This document shows, in pieces, positions 46,717 to 56,491 of a stretch of DNA of 59,475 nucleotides. Source of the DNA: an uncultured Lachnospiraceae bacterium (GTDB lineage Bacteria; Bacillota; Clostridia; Oscillospirales; CAG-272); NCBI GenBank assembly GCA_964623895.1, contig CAZUWA010000003.1:1-59475 (forward strand), written 5' to 3'. The translations under genes were made by a program, and so were the position numbers. Below the pieces are notes generated by a model. The model ran no database searches. It was not told the DNA's origin and saw only the letters and a list, made by a program, of their open reading frames with translations. The first letter of the stretch is position 1. Each line of letters opens with the position of its first letter.

Positions 46717-48729
46717 CTAACTTCTCTTAAATCGATGTTCGATCGTTCCCTTTGGAATTTCAAATGCGACCGGTCTGCCGTGCGGACAATAGAGAATATC
46801 GGGGAGCCTTAAAAGTTCTTTAACGACATACTCTAAATGCGCCTCGCCGTCATTTCTTCCACCCTTCATCGCGGCTTTGCAGGAAGCATTATATAAAGCG
46901 GCTTCAAAAGCAATCTGGCGGGAAACTTCCCCGTTTCCCTCGCCTTTGGCAAGTCTTTCGACAATTTCCGCAAACAAATCAAGTGCCTGCTCCTTTTCTA
47001 AGCCCCCCGGAATGCCGGTAACGATCGCTGTATCCGACAGTTCGTCACTTTCAAAAACAAAGCCCACATCCTTGATCTCTTTTTCATAATCAATAAGTAC
47101 GCTTTTTTCCTCTGTACCAACATGAACTTTTTCGGGAAGAAGCAGTAACTGCACATAACGGTCATCGGCAGATGCCATATTTTTTTTCATCTTTTCAAAA
47201 AGTAGCCGTTCGTGTGCGGCATGCTTGTCGATCATCAGCAGTTTGTTGTCGATCTGCACCAAAATGTATGTATCAAAAGCAATACCGATCAATTTATAAG
47301 CAGGAAGATCTTCTACTATCTTTTCTGCTTCGAAAGTTTTCTCTCCTTCTTCAAGAATATCAGCAGAAATTCTCGGAACGGAAATCGGCGGCAGATCTAT
47401 CGGCAGGTCAGGAACGATTATCGAAGAAGCAGTTTCCTGCTCTCGCTCTTTTGGTTGCAATACTTTTCCCACTTCATTCCGCAGTTCCTCAGTTTTTTTT
47501 TCCTCTTGCTTGGCAATGTCCTCAAAAACAAAGGGCAAATCGTCAAAAGGAACTTTCGGCACTTCACTCGCCACTTTTACAGATACAGAAGGCACGTTAC
47601 CTGCCCCCTCAAAAAAAACGTCTGTCTGTTCGATCTTTGGTGCATCCATGCGGTCATATACGGGCGTAAAACGGTTGTAGCGCTCAACGATCAGCTTGTG
47701 ATCCAGATCCTTCTTCTCAAGCGGCAGTTCCGGGCGCATAGTATTATTTAACAACGCGTTGCGAACCGCCAAATAGATTGCATCAAAAACCGTCTTTTCG
47801 TTTGAAAACTTCACCTCAAGTTTAGTAGGATGCACATTGACATCCACCAGTGCCGGATGAAGAATGATGTTCAATACACAACATGGAAATTTTTCAACTT
47901 CCAAAAAAGAGGAAAAAGCTTGTTCCAAGGCAGCAGTTGCCGTGCGAGATTTAATGTATCTTCCGTTAATGAAGAAATTCTGATAATTTCGGTTCGCGCG
48001 TACATTTTCCGGCGCACCGATATACCCAAACACCTCGACAGCTTCGCTTTTTGACTGCACAGCGATCATTCCCGAAGCAAAATCTCTTCCAAGCAACGCA
48101 TAGATCGCATTATACAACTTCTTATCGCCTGCAGTCTGCAACTTCAGCGAACCATCTGAAATCAGTTTGAATGAAATTTCAGGGTGAGACAGTGCTTCTT
48201 TTTCAAGAACCGCTGCTACCGCCATTCCCTCAGACTGGTCTCTTTTCAAAAATTTTCTGCGTGCAGGAACATTCGCAAACAATTCCTTGACCAGCATGGT
48301 TGTACCTTTTTTCAATCCTGCTTCACTGACCTCGGTAATGCGCCCACAGTCACAAACAATTCTTGTACCGGTCTTATCGCTTTGGGTCTTTGTGAAGATC
48401 TCCATCTGCGATACTGAGGAAATGGCGGCAAGTGCTTCCCCTCTGAAGCCCAAGGTAACAATACTGTCTAAATCTTCAGCTTCTTTGATTTTGCTTGTCG
48501 CATGACGGAGGATACACATTTCCGCATCATCCTTGGTCATCCCGCAACCATTGTCAGTCACGCGAATGTATGACACTCCACCACGTCGGATCTCCGCTTC
48601 AATTTCAGTGGCGCCGGCATCAATGGCATTTTCAAGAAGTTCTTTGACGACAGAAGCAGGTCTGTCAACAACCTCTCCCGCCGCAATCAGATTCGCAACC
48701 TGAAAATCAAGCAAATTGATTTTGGGCAT
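46717..48729 (-). CDS. mutL: DNA mismatch repair protein MutL
   Basis: A GHKL ATPase N-terminus (ELLENAIDAGA) and the C-terminal CPHGRP motif. Confidence 0.95.
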   Translation of the reverse strand: MPKINLLDFQVANLIAAGEVVDRPASVVKELLENAIDAGATEIEAEIRRGGVSYIRVTDNGCGMTKDDAEMCILRHATSKIKEAEDLDSIVTLGFRGEALAAISSVSQMEIFTKTQSDKTGTRIVCDCGRITEVSEAGLKKGTTMLVKELFANVPARRKFLKRDQSEGMAVAAVLEKEALSHPEISFKLISDGSLKLQTAGDKKLYNAIYALLGRDFASGMIAVQSKSEAVEVFGYIGAPENVRANRNYQNFFINGRYIKSRTATAALEQAFSSFLEVEKFPCCVLNIILHPALVDVNVHPTKLEVKFSNEKTVFDAIYLAVRNALLNNTMRPELPLEKKDLDHKLIVERYNRFTPVYDRMDAPKIEQTDVFFEGAGNVPSVSVKVASEVPKVPFDDLPFVFEDIAKQEEKKTEELRNEVGKVLQPKEREQETASSIIVPDLPIDLPPISVPRISADILEEGEKTFEAEKIVEDLPAYKLIGIAFDTYILVQIDNKLLMIDKHAAHERLLFEKMKKNMASADDRYVQLLLLPEKVHVGTEEKSVLIDYEKEIKDVGFVFESDELSDTAIVTGIPGGLEKEQALDLFAEIVERLAKGEGNGEVSRQIAFEAALYNASCKAAMKGGRNDGEAHLEYVVKELLRLPDILYCPHGRPVAFEIPKGTIEHRFKRS

Positions 48730-48751
48730 CAGTGTTCCTCCTTTCCCTCAT

Positions 48752-51346
48752 TCAACTGAGCATTTTCTTTAATTCGTACAATAAATTCAAACTCTCTATC
48801 GGAGTGAGCATATCCATCTGTATGCTTCTCAGTTTTTCGCAAACACCATTTTCGATGTAATTGTCAATTGACATATTGTTACTATCTTCGACAGACTTCG
48901 ATACCTGCGGTCTGCCCTCATCTTCAAGTTCGGTCAAGACTTCCCGTGCGCGCTTGATGACTTCTTGCGGCACACCTGCAAGTTTTGCCACTTCAATACC
49001 GTAACTATCATCCGCCGCCCCCTTCAAAATCTTTCTGAGAAAAACCAAAGCGTCTCCCTTTTTCTTGGCGGCAATATGATAATTTACAATTCCGCTTTCC
49101 TCTGTAGCCATCGCAGTCAACTCATGATAGTGGGTAGCAAACATCGTCTTGGCACCGATCTTCTTGCCGGCAGTATACTCTGCAACAGCTTTGGCGATCG
49201 ACATGCCATCGTAAGTAGAAGTTCCTCTGCCAATCTCATCATAAATGATAAGCGAACGCCTGGTCGCATTCTTCAAAATCGAAGCAACTTCATTCATTTC
49301 CAACATAAAAGTAGATGTTCCGGAAGCAAGATCATCCGACGCACCAACGCGAGTAAACAGTTTGTCAACAATGCCGATGCGCGCTTCACTTGCAGGAACA
49401 AAAGAGCCGATCTGCGCCATTAACGTAATGATGGCAACTTGACGCATATAAGTCGATTTTCCTGCCATGTTCGGCCCGGTGATCATCATTAGCCGATTGT
49501 AGGAAGTATCAAGCAATGTATCATTCGGAACGAACATACTGTCCTTCAACATTTTTTCAACAACAGGATGCCTGCCGTCCTTAATCGAAATGACATCATC
49601 ATAGGTAATTTCCGGTTCTATATAGCTGTTTTCAACAGCAACCTTGGCAAGCGAACAGTAAACATCCAACTCGGCAAGTACCGTAGCGGCAGAGCGGATT
49701 CGGTTATGATTTTCATTCAACAATCTGCAAAGTTGTCCGAAAATCTCATACTCCAACGCATGATCTTTGTCACTCGCGCCAAGGATCGTACTTTCCAACT
49801 TTTTCAGTTCATCGGTGATGTATCGCTCTCCGTTAGTCAAGGTTTGACGGCGTATATAGTCCGGGGGCAGCTGCAATCCTTCGTTTGCCGCTTTCGAGAT
49901 CTCAATATAGTAACCAAACACACGATTGTAGCCGACCTTCAAAGTTTTTACGCCAAGACGCTCTTTTTCACGTTCTTCAATCTTTTTTAAATAACCGTCA
50001 GCATCGTCTATAAGCAAGCGCAAGCGGTCAACATCTTCATTGTATCCTTCTCGGATGAAACCACCTTCTCGCACCGAGAACGGTGGATCTTCTTTGATCG
50101 CTGAATCAAGAATCTGATGTAAATCAGAGAGGATATCCAGTTCTTCAAAAAGTTCCTTTAGCGCTTCACCGGAGCATTCTTTTAACTGCGTTTTAACAGC
50201 AGGTAGCACAGCAAGAGTATTGGCGATCGAGCGAAGATCTTTGCCGCCTGCCGTCCCGTACACCACTTTGGTCATCAATCGTTCGATATCGGAAACAGGT
50301 GCTAAAATTTCAGACAATTCGCTACGCAACAAAAAATTGCCAAACAACTCCTTGACCGCACTTTGCCTATATAAGATTTTTCGCTGATTGACAAGTGGCT
50401 GTTCGATATACTGGCGAAGAAGGCGTGCGCCCATCGCAGTCTTGGTCTTATCCAAGACCCACAAAAGACTTCCGCGCTTTTCCCCATCGCGCATCGTTTT
50501 GGTCAGTTCCAAATTGCGTCTCGTATTGCTGTCCATTGAAAGATATTGTCCTTCGCGGTAGATGCGCAGATTTTTGGTATGAAAATCAGTAGTGCGCAAT
50601 GAATCGCTGACATAACGGATCAGTCCGCCAACTGCCACGATCATCGGAAAATCTTCTTTAGGGTATCCCGAGGAAGAGCCGAGATATTTTGTAAAAGACG
50701 CCACAGCTTGGGCTGAATCAAAGAGGGGAATATTCTCATAGATCTTCGTATGAAGACGATCCTCTGCATAAACACAGAGTTCGGGAAGTTCGTCCTTCGA
50801 ACAACTTAGGATCAATTCTTTCGGACTGTAAACTGCCAATTCGTTTGTCGCGCGACTTTCTCCGCCCTTCTCAAAAAAAGTTGCATTAAGATCGCCCGTT
50901 GAAATATCCGCCGCGCAGAGAGCAATTCCCTCATCAGACAAAAGGACGGAACAGATAAAATTGTTTTCATTAGAAGAAAGTTGGTTGTCGTCAGTCACCG
51001 TGCCCGGGGTCACGATGCGCACGACATCACGCTTGACAAGTCCTTTTGCGTCTTTCGGGTCTTCTACCTGTTCGCAGATCACAACCTTATAGCCTTTTGA
51101 AACCAATGTACCAATATAACTGTCCGCCGAATGATAAGGAACCCCACACATCGGCGCCCGCTCTTCTAACCCACAGTCTCTGCCGGTGAGCGTCAGACCA
51201 AGTTCTTTTGAGGCAATCTTCGCATCCTCAAAAAACATTTCATAAAAATCTCCGAGTCTGTAAAACAACAACGCATTGGGATATGCTTTTTTTGTTTCGG
51301 CATACTGCCTCATCATTGGTGAAAGTTGTTTTCCAAGTAACTCCAT
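48752..51346 (-). CDS. mutS: DNA mismatch repair protein MutS
   Basis: Contains SPMMRQY, GDFYE, Walker A (GPNMAGKST) and DEIGRGTSTYDG. Confidence 0.96.
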   Translation of the reverse strand: MELLGKQLSPMMRQYAETKKAYPNALLFYRLGDFYEMFFEDAKIASKELGLTLTGRDCGLEERAPMCGVPYHSADSYIGTLVSKGYKVVICEQVEDPKDAKGLVKRDVVRIVTPGTVTDDNQLSSNENNFICSVLLSDEGIALCAADISTGDLNATFFEKGGESRATNELAVYSPKELILSCSKDELPELCVYAEDRLHTKIYENIPLFDSAQAVASFTKYLGSSSGYPKEDFPMIVAVGGLIRYVSDSLRTTDFHTKNLRIYREGQYLSMDSNTRRNLELTKTMRDGEKRGSLLWVLDKTKTAMGARLLRQYIEQPLVNQRKILYRQSAVKELFGNFLLRSELSEILAPVSDIERLMTKVVYGTAGGKDLRSIANTLAVLPAVKTQLKECSGEALKELFEELDILSDLHQILDSAIKEDPPFSVREGGFIREGYNEDVDRLRLLIDDADGYLKKIEEREKERLGVKTLKVGYNRVFGYYIEISKAANEGLQLPPDYIRRQTLTNGERYITDELKKLESTILGASDKDHALEYEIFGQLCRLLNENHNRIRSAATVLAELDVYCSLAKVAVENSYIEPEITYDDVISIKDGRHPVVEKMLKDSMFVPNDTLLDTSYNRLMMITGPNMAGKSTYMRQVAIITLMAQIGSFVPASEARIGIVDKLFTRVGASDDLASGTSTFMLEMNEVASILKNATRRSLIIYDEIGRGTSTYDGMSIAKAVAEYTAGKKIGAKTMFATHYHELTAMATEESGIVNYHIAAKKKGDALVFLRKILKGAADDSYGIEVAKLAGVPQEVIKRAREVLTELEDEGRPQVSKSVEDSNNMSIDNYIENGVCEKLRSIQMDMLTPIESLNLLYELKKMLS

Positions 51347-51379
51347 TCACTGTTCCTCTTTCTTAGCGTTTATGCTATT

Positions 51380-51766
51380 TTAGTGGCAACCGCCGCAGGT
51401 AGAACAGTTGTGGGTACATCCATCGGAAGGAACCCCATTGATCTCTTGCATAACGGTGCTGTTTACCTGATCCATAAGCGCATTCAATTCGTTCTGAGCT
51501 GCTTCGTAATTCTTATATACTTCTGTAGCAAGCACTTCGTCATAGATCTCATTCAAACGGCTCTGAACGGCATCAATTATATTGCTGTCGGCATCCTTGC
51601 CGCCCATCACAGCCGCCAACGCTTTTTGCTGTACCTCAAATTCAGTCGTCAAAGCCACGATATGCGGATCACTTTCGTATGCTTTCCTCGCCTCGTCAAG
51701 CTTTTTACCCTGCTCACTTTCCTTGATAGTCAATCCCAACAATTTGGCAATTTGCAACAGTTCCAT
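51380..51766 (-). CDS. YlbF/YmcA (RicA/RicF)-family regulator with a C-terminal four-Cys tail
   Basis: A ~128-aa helical protein. Its position between miaB and mutS mirrors B. subtilis ymcB(miaB)-ymcA-..-mutS. The C-terminus is CTHNCSTCGGCH. The start is either ATG at 51766 or TTG at 51772. Confidence 0.7.
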   Translation of the reverse strand: MELLQIAKLLGLTIKESEQGKKLDEARKAYESDPHIVALTTEFEVQQKALAAVMGGKDADSNIIDAVQSRLNEIYDEVLATEVYKNYEAAQNELNALMDQVNSTVMQEINGVPSDGCTHNCSTCGGCH

Positions 51767-51784
51767 ATTCAAAAGACTCCTTTC

Positions 51785-53194
51785 TTATTTCTGTAGTTCA
51801 CCGAACAAGGCAAATGTTTCGGTACGGGTAATACAAACGTTCGCATAGTTTCCGATCAATTCTTTTGGTCCCTCAAAATGTACCAGTCTATTTCGTTCAC
51901 TGCGCCCGGTCAGTTTGGTATCGTCCGTTTTACTGTATCCCTCCACAAGAACACGCAAAACCGTTCCGGTGTAGTCTTTGTTTTTGCGATTAGATATCGC
52001 CATCTGGGTATCCATCATTCGAGCAAAGCGTTCTGAAGAGACGTCCGCAGGAATCTGATCCGGCATGATCGCAGCAGGCGTGCCCTTTCTCTTTGAGTAA
52101 ATGAATGAGTAAATATTGTCGTATTCCATCTTTTCAAGAACATCGAGCGTTTCCTTGAAATCTTCCTCGCTTTCTCCCGGGAAACCGACAATGATATCAG
52201 TCGTCAATGCAATATCCGGCATTTTTTCGCGCATATATCGCACCAGATCCAAATAATGCTCTTTGGTATAATGACGGTTCATTTTCGTTAAAATACGGTC
52301 AGAGCCGGATTGGAGCGGGAGATGGAATGCTTTGGCGATCTTTTCATTCGCCGCCATTACGTCAATCAATTCCTTGGTTGCATCTTTGGGGTGGCTGGTC
52401 ATAAACCGTACCATAAAATCCCCATCAATCGCGCAAATATTTTCAAGAAGTGAAGCAAAAGACAGAGGTTCGGGAAGATCCTTACCGTAAGAATTTACAT
52501 TTTGTCCGAGTAAAGTAATCTCTTTCACACCATCTGCAACCAGTTCTCCGACTTCTTTATAGATCTCTTCCGGATCGCGGCTTCGCTCTCTTCCGCGCAC
52601 ATACGGTACGACACAGTAAGAACAAAAGTTGTTGCAACCGTACATGATCGACACCCACGCTTTAAAGGCGGAATAACGATGCACTGGCAAGCCTTCCGCG
52701 ATATTTCCTTCGTTGTCGTCTAGAAAAAATTGCCGTTTTCCTGTCATCAGTTTGGTAAACAGAATCTCCGGGAGACGATAGAGCATCGTTGTCCCGAACA
52801 GAAAATCAACATAGGGATACTTTTGCTTGATATCTTCTTTGCGGTGTTCTTGCGAAACCATACAACCGCAGATTCCGATCAACAGCTCGCTATTTTGTGC
52901 TTTCAAATGCTTAAACTGCCCTGTGATCGAAAGCGCTTTAAGCTCTGCGTGCTCTCTGACGGCGCATGTGTTGATAAGAATTAGATCGGCGCACTCCTCT
53001 TGATCGGTGATGATATATCCCATCTTTTCGAGCATTCCGGCAAGACGCTCGGAATCAGCTTCATTTTGTTGACAGCCGTACGTTTTTACCACGGCATAGC
53101 GCGTGCGATCAGACAAGATCGCCTGCAGTTTATCAATGTATTCATATTGTTTTTCGATCTCTTCATTTGAAATCAGTACTTTTTTTCTGTCCAT
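51785..53194 (-). CDS. miaB: tRNA-2-methylthio-N6-dimethylallyladenosine synthase
   Basis: A UPF0004 N-terminal domain (YGCQQNEADSE), the radical SAM motif CNNFCSYC and a TRAM C-terminus. Confidence 0.93.
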   Translation of the reverse strand: MDRKKVLISNEEIEKQYEYIDKLQAILSDRTRYAVVKTYGCQQNEADSERLAGMLEKMGYIITDQEECADLILINTCAVREHAELKALSITGQFKHLKAQNSELLIGICGCMVSQEHRKEDIKQKYPYVDFLFGTTMLYRLPEILFTKLMTGKRQFFLDDNEGNIAEGLPVHRYSAFKAWVSIMYGCNNFCSYCVVPYVRGRERSRDPEEIYKEVGELVADGVKEITLLGQNVNSYGKDLPEPLSFASLLENICAIDGDFMVRFMTSHPKDATKELIDVMAANEKIAKAFHLPLQSGSDRILTKMNRHYTKEHYLDLVRYMREKMPDIALTTDIIVGFPGESEEDFKETLDVLEKMEYDNIYSFIYSKRKGTPAAIMPDQIPADVSSERFARMMDTQMAISNRKNKDYTGTVLRVLVEGYSKTDDTKLTGRSERNRLVHFEGPKELIGNYANVCITRTETFALFGELQK

Positions 53195-53230
53195 AAATTC
53201 ACACCTTAAACGCACAATAATCTAAGGTAC

Positions 53231-53259
53231 AGTATAGCACATTTTTTGTTTTTTTGCAA
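53231..53259 (-). promoter_or_regulatory. promoter TTGCAA-17-TGcTATACT for miaB
   Basis: The minus strand reads cTTGCAAaaaaacaaaaaatgtgcTATACT. Confidence 0.6.
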
Positions 53260-53270
53260 GTGAAAAGTAA

Positions 53271-53308
53271 CAAAAAAGAAGCAGGACAGAATTTTTTCCT
53301 GTCCTGCC
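53271..53308 (-). terminator. intrinsic terminator after the large lipoprotein gene
   Basis: The minus strand reads GCAGGACAG-gaaaaaatt-CTGTCCTGC followed by TTCTTTTTTG. Confidence 0.85.
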
Positions 53309-53323
53309 AAAATGAAAATTTAA

Positions 53324-55276
53324 TTACGCAAAATAACTACCTTCACCCTTATTGACTAAGTTATAGAACCATGTAAATTGTGCGAAGGGTAAGATCAAAT
53401 TATAGTAGGTGCCACTCTCATTGTCAATTTTATACATCATAACAGCATACTTGTACGCATCAGTAGACACAAATTCGGAATTCAAACTGCGGATAAAACT
53501 TTCTATATCATCGCCGTCATACTCGGCAATACGCTTTTGGTAATCCTCATACGCAATGCCAAGTTGCTCTACGATCTCGGATGGTTTGATTGAAACCTCA
53601 CTCAGTTCATCCTCAATTTCATCTCTGAGCATGAAACCGCAGTAGGGAGATACGATCGCCGCAGCATTCTGCTCCTTGGCAGCACGCCAATCATTTTTTG
53701 CGTAGTAGGCAGTTTTTGCATCCATGACATCACTAGGATAAGTCAAGAAAAGGTTGCCCATCTTGCCGATCACAGGATAATATCCGCTCTTGCCGGTGTT
53801 GTAAACAGTGCCGGCGGATGAATAATCATAGTCTTTAGTTTCAACGCCGTAGGTAAGCAGATTAACAGCCTCAGCATTAGTCTGAAGCATGTTGATAATT
53901 TCAACACATCTCGGGTTGTACTGCTCACTGTAATTCTGGATCTTTGCACTTATAGAAACGCCGTCCATATCAACGGCAGTAGATGAGAAGGTGCTGACAG
54001 CGAACATCGAATCAAACATCTCATTACGAACAACCGGAACATTGGTCTTAACAACATAGTAATCGTCTTGATTGTAATAGGATTCAACAGCCTTATCGCC
54101 TGAAACCATTGCGAGTGCAAAAGATACCTCATTGTCTGCAAAGTTTGCAGCAGGAGCTTTGTAACCGATCGTTTCCTCATCATCAAGGTAGAAGCAATCG
54201 CCCATATTGGGAGCCATACCAAGTTTCTTCATATTGTAGATCAAACTTTCCGTTCTTCTGAATTGCGCCTTGCTGTAAAGAGAATCGCAGTTCGGCGCAG
54301 AGGGGAATGAAAAGAGTTTGGTCGTCGGCAGAATGATCGAAGCATTCCCTGAAGTGCCAAAATAACTCTCCGTAGAAGTCGGACTATAATTGTAAAGGAT
54401 CTTATCTACTTTTAAATCCTCCGAGATGGTATCATTGTTCGCCATCACGTCATTCAAATAATCGATAAAGTCTGTGAGATCATCTGCACCGTCTTTATTT
54501 GAGGTATCTACAATGTTGACATCACACTTGATATCGTAGTTGTAATGATCGTACAATTTTTTGTTTACAAGAATATATCTATATGAATCAATAACATAGT
54601 TATTGGGAACCGCAAAGGTACTGCTACCCTGTGTCAAGCCGTTACCCACCTTGTAAATATGATTCATCAAAGTCGTATTGACATACTTATCAAAATCCGT
54701 TTCACCGTCAAAAGTATCGGTGAGATTAATGATGTACTCATTATCAAGAAGCTTATAATATGTGGAAAGACTGTCAATGAACACCACGTCGATTTGATCT
54801 TCGGATACCGCCGGATATACAGTGATTTCACGACCAAATTCATCATAATATGCAAGATCGCCGTTGGGAAGAGTGACATAGTCCTTCTTCTCCTCCTGGT
54901 CAATCAAATCATATCGCGTATCTGCCGAACCACTGCTTCCTTGATTGCTCATACCGTTTTCATACTCTTGCTGTTTGACAGCCAGTTTATCGGATAACTC
55001 CAATACCTTCTGTGCATATTCTTCAGCAGTAAACAGTTTTAAAACAATATGCGTATTGAAAGACGATTCTGTAATCTCATTCAGTGCATCCTGCACCGCA
55101 AGAATCGCTTCATCAGTAGTCCTTTCGTCCTTGATTGCCGCAATAACAAGCGTCTGCGCTTTTGCATCTGCCGCTGTTACCGCAGATGTACGCTCGGAAG
55201 AGCAACCTGCGAACGCAGACAGAACACCTGTCAAGAGTGCAAGGCAGAGAATGACACCTAAAATTCTTTTTTTCAT
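53324..55276 (-). CDS. large (650-aa) lipoprotein, ABC solute-binding-protein-like, with no adjacent transporter genes
   Basis: The signal peptide has a lipobox (LSAFAGC). AGGAGG lies 7 nt upstream of the ATG at 55276. The overall resemblance to family-1 extracellular solute-binding proteins is only a visual impression. Confidence 0.5.
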   Translation of the reverse strand: MKKRILGVILCLALLTGVLSAFAGCSSERTSAVTAADAKAQTLVIAAIKDERTTDEAILAVQDALNEITESSFNTHIVLKLFTAEEYAQKVLELSDKLAVKQQEYENGMSNQGSSGSADTRYDLIDQEEKKDYVTLPNGDLAYYDEFGREITVYPAVSEDQIDVVFIDSLSTYYKLLDNEYIINLTDTFDGETDFDKYVNTTLMNHIYKVGNGLTQGSSTFAVPNNYVIDSYRYILVNKKLYDHYNYDIKCDVNIVDTSNKDGADDLTDFIDYLNDVMANNDTISEDLKVDKILYNYSPTSTESYFGTSGNASIILPTTKLFSFPSAPNCDSLYSKAQFRRTESLIYNMKKLGMAPNMGDCFYLDDEETIGYKAPAANFADNEVSFALAMVSGDKAVESYYNQDDYYVVKTNVPVVRNEMFDSMFAVSTFSSTAVDMDGVSISAKIQNYSEQYNPRCVEIINMLQTNAEAVNLLTYGVETKDYDYSSAGTVYNTGKSGYYPVIGKMGNLFLTYPSDVMDAKTAYYAKNDWRAAKEQNAAAIVSPYCGFMLRDEIEDELSEVSIKPSEIVEQLGIAYEDYQKRIAEYDGDDIESFIRSLNSEFVSTDAYKYAVMMYKIDNESGTYYNLILPFAQFTWFYNLVNKGEGSYFA

Positions 55277-55310
55277 GGGGAATGCCTCCTGTGTATACTC
55301 TAACAAATAT

Positions 55311-55339
55311 ATGATACTACAAAACCACCAAAATGTCAA
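55311..55339 (-). promoter_or_regulatory. promoter TTGACA-17-TATCAT for the lipoprotein gene
   Basis: The minus strand reads cTTGACAttttggtggttttgtagTATCAT. Confidence 0.6.
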
Positions 55340-55389
55340 GGTTATTTCATGTAACATTTTAATGAATTTTAAAAACAGATGATTTTTAC

Positions 55390-56487
55390 TTAATCAAGAT
55401 AATCCTTCAACTTTTTGGAGCGGCTCGGATGACGCAATTTACGCAAAGCTTTTGCTTCGATCTGTCTAATGCGCTCTCTTGTGATGTTAAATACTTGCCC
55501 GACTTCCTCAAGTGTTCTGGTTCTGCCGTCATCTAAACCAAAGCGCAATTTCAACACCTGTTCTTCTCGCGGAGTCAGTGTGTGAAGTACCTCGTTGAGT
55601 TGTTCACGAAGCATCACATAAGAAACTGCGTCTTGCGGTGCGGGAGAATCACCATCTTCGATGAAATCGCCAAGGTGACTGTCCTCTTCCTCTCCAATCG
55701 GCGTTTCAAGTGAAACCGGATCAAGCGCGATCTTCATGATGTCTCTAACCTTTTCGGGAGACATCTTCATTGCCTTTGCGATCTCTTCTGCAGAAGGATC
55801 TCTTCCGTTTTCCTGTACCAACTGACGGGAAATTCTTGCAACTTTATGGATCGTTTCCACCATATGTACCGGAATACGAATAGTCCGTGCCTGATCCGCG
55901 ATGGCTCTGGTGATCGACTGACGAATCCACCATGTTGCATAGGTTGAGAATTTGAATCCTTTTTCGTAGTCAAACTTATCAACCGCCTTCATCAGTCCTA
56001 AATTACCCTCTTGGATCAAATCAAGGAAAGACATTCCCTTTCCAACATATCTTTTGGCAATGGACACGACAAGACGGAGATTCGCTTCGACGAGTTCCTG
56101 TTTTGCAGCTTCATCGCCCTCTTCCATTCTCTTGGCAAGTTCCGTTTCGCGTTCACCCGACAGCAGCGGAACTTTACCGATCTCTTTTAGGTACATTCTG
56201 ACCGGGTCATCAATGGAAAGCCCTTCGGAAGCAAGCATTTTTTCCATATCTTCGGCAGAGTTGTAACGCTCCGCTTCGTTTTTGACCTCTTCCGTAAAGT
56301 CGGCAGAATCGCTCATATCATCCGAGGACTCTCGCAAGATTTCCAGATCCTCATACAGTCTGTCGATATGGTCAAGATCACCTTCACCGTCATCAAGCAT
56401 CGCAATGATCTCCTCTTGAGTCATTGCCCCTTTGTCTTTACTCTTTTCAATGATATCTTCTAAGGAGTTCTTTTCGCCATTATTCAT
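55390..56487 (-). CDS. sigA: primary RNA polymerase sigma factor
   Basis: An acidic region 1, region 2 ([13 protein letters not shown]) and region 4.2 ([20 protein letters not shown]). Confidence 0.96.
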   Translation of the reverse strand: MNNGEKNSLEDIIEKSKDKGAMTQEEIIAMLDDGEGDLDHIDRLYEDLEILRESSDDMSDSADFTEEVKNEAERYNSAEDMEKMLASEGLSIDDPVRMYLKEIGKVPLLSGERETELAKRMEEGDEAAKQELVEANLRLVVSIAKRYVGKGMSFLDLIQEGNLGLMKAVDKFDYEKGFKFSTYATWWIRQSITRAIADQARTIRIPVHMVETIHKVARISRQLVQENGRDPSAEEIAKAMKMSPEKVRDIMKIALDPVSLETPIGEEEDSHLGDFIEDGDSPAPQDAVSYVMLREQLNEVLHTLTPREEQVLKLRFGLDDGRTRTLEEVGQVFNITRERIRQIEAKALRKLRHPSRSKKLKDYLD

Positions 56488-56491
56488 TCCG

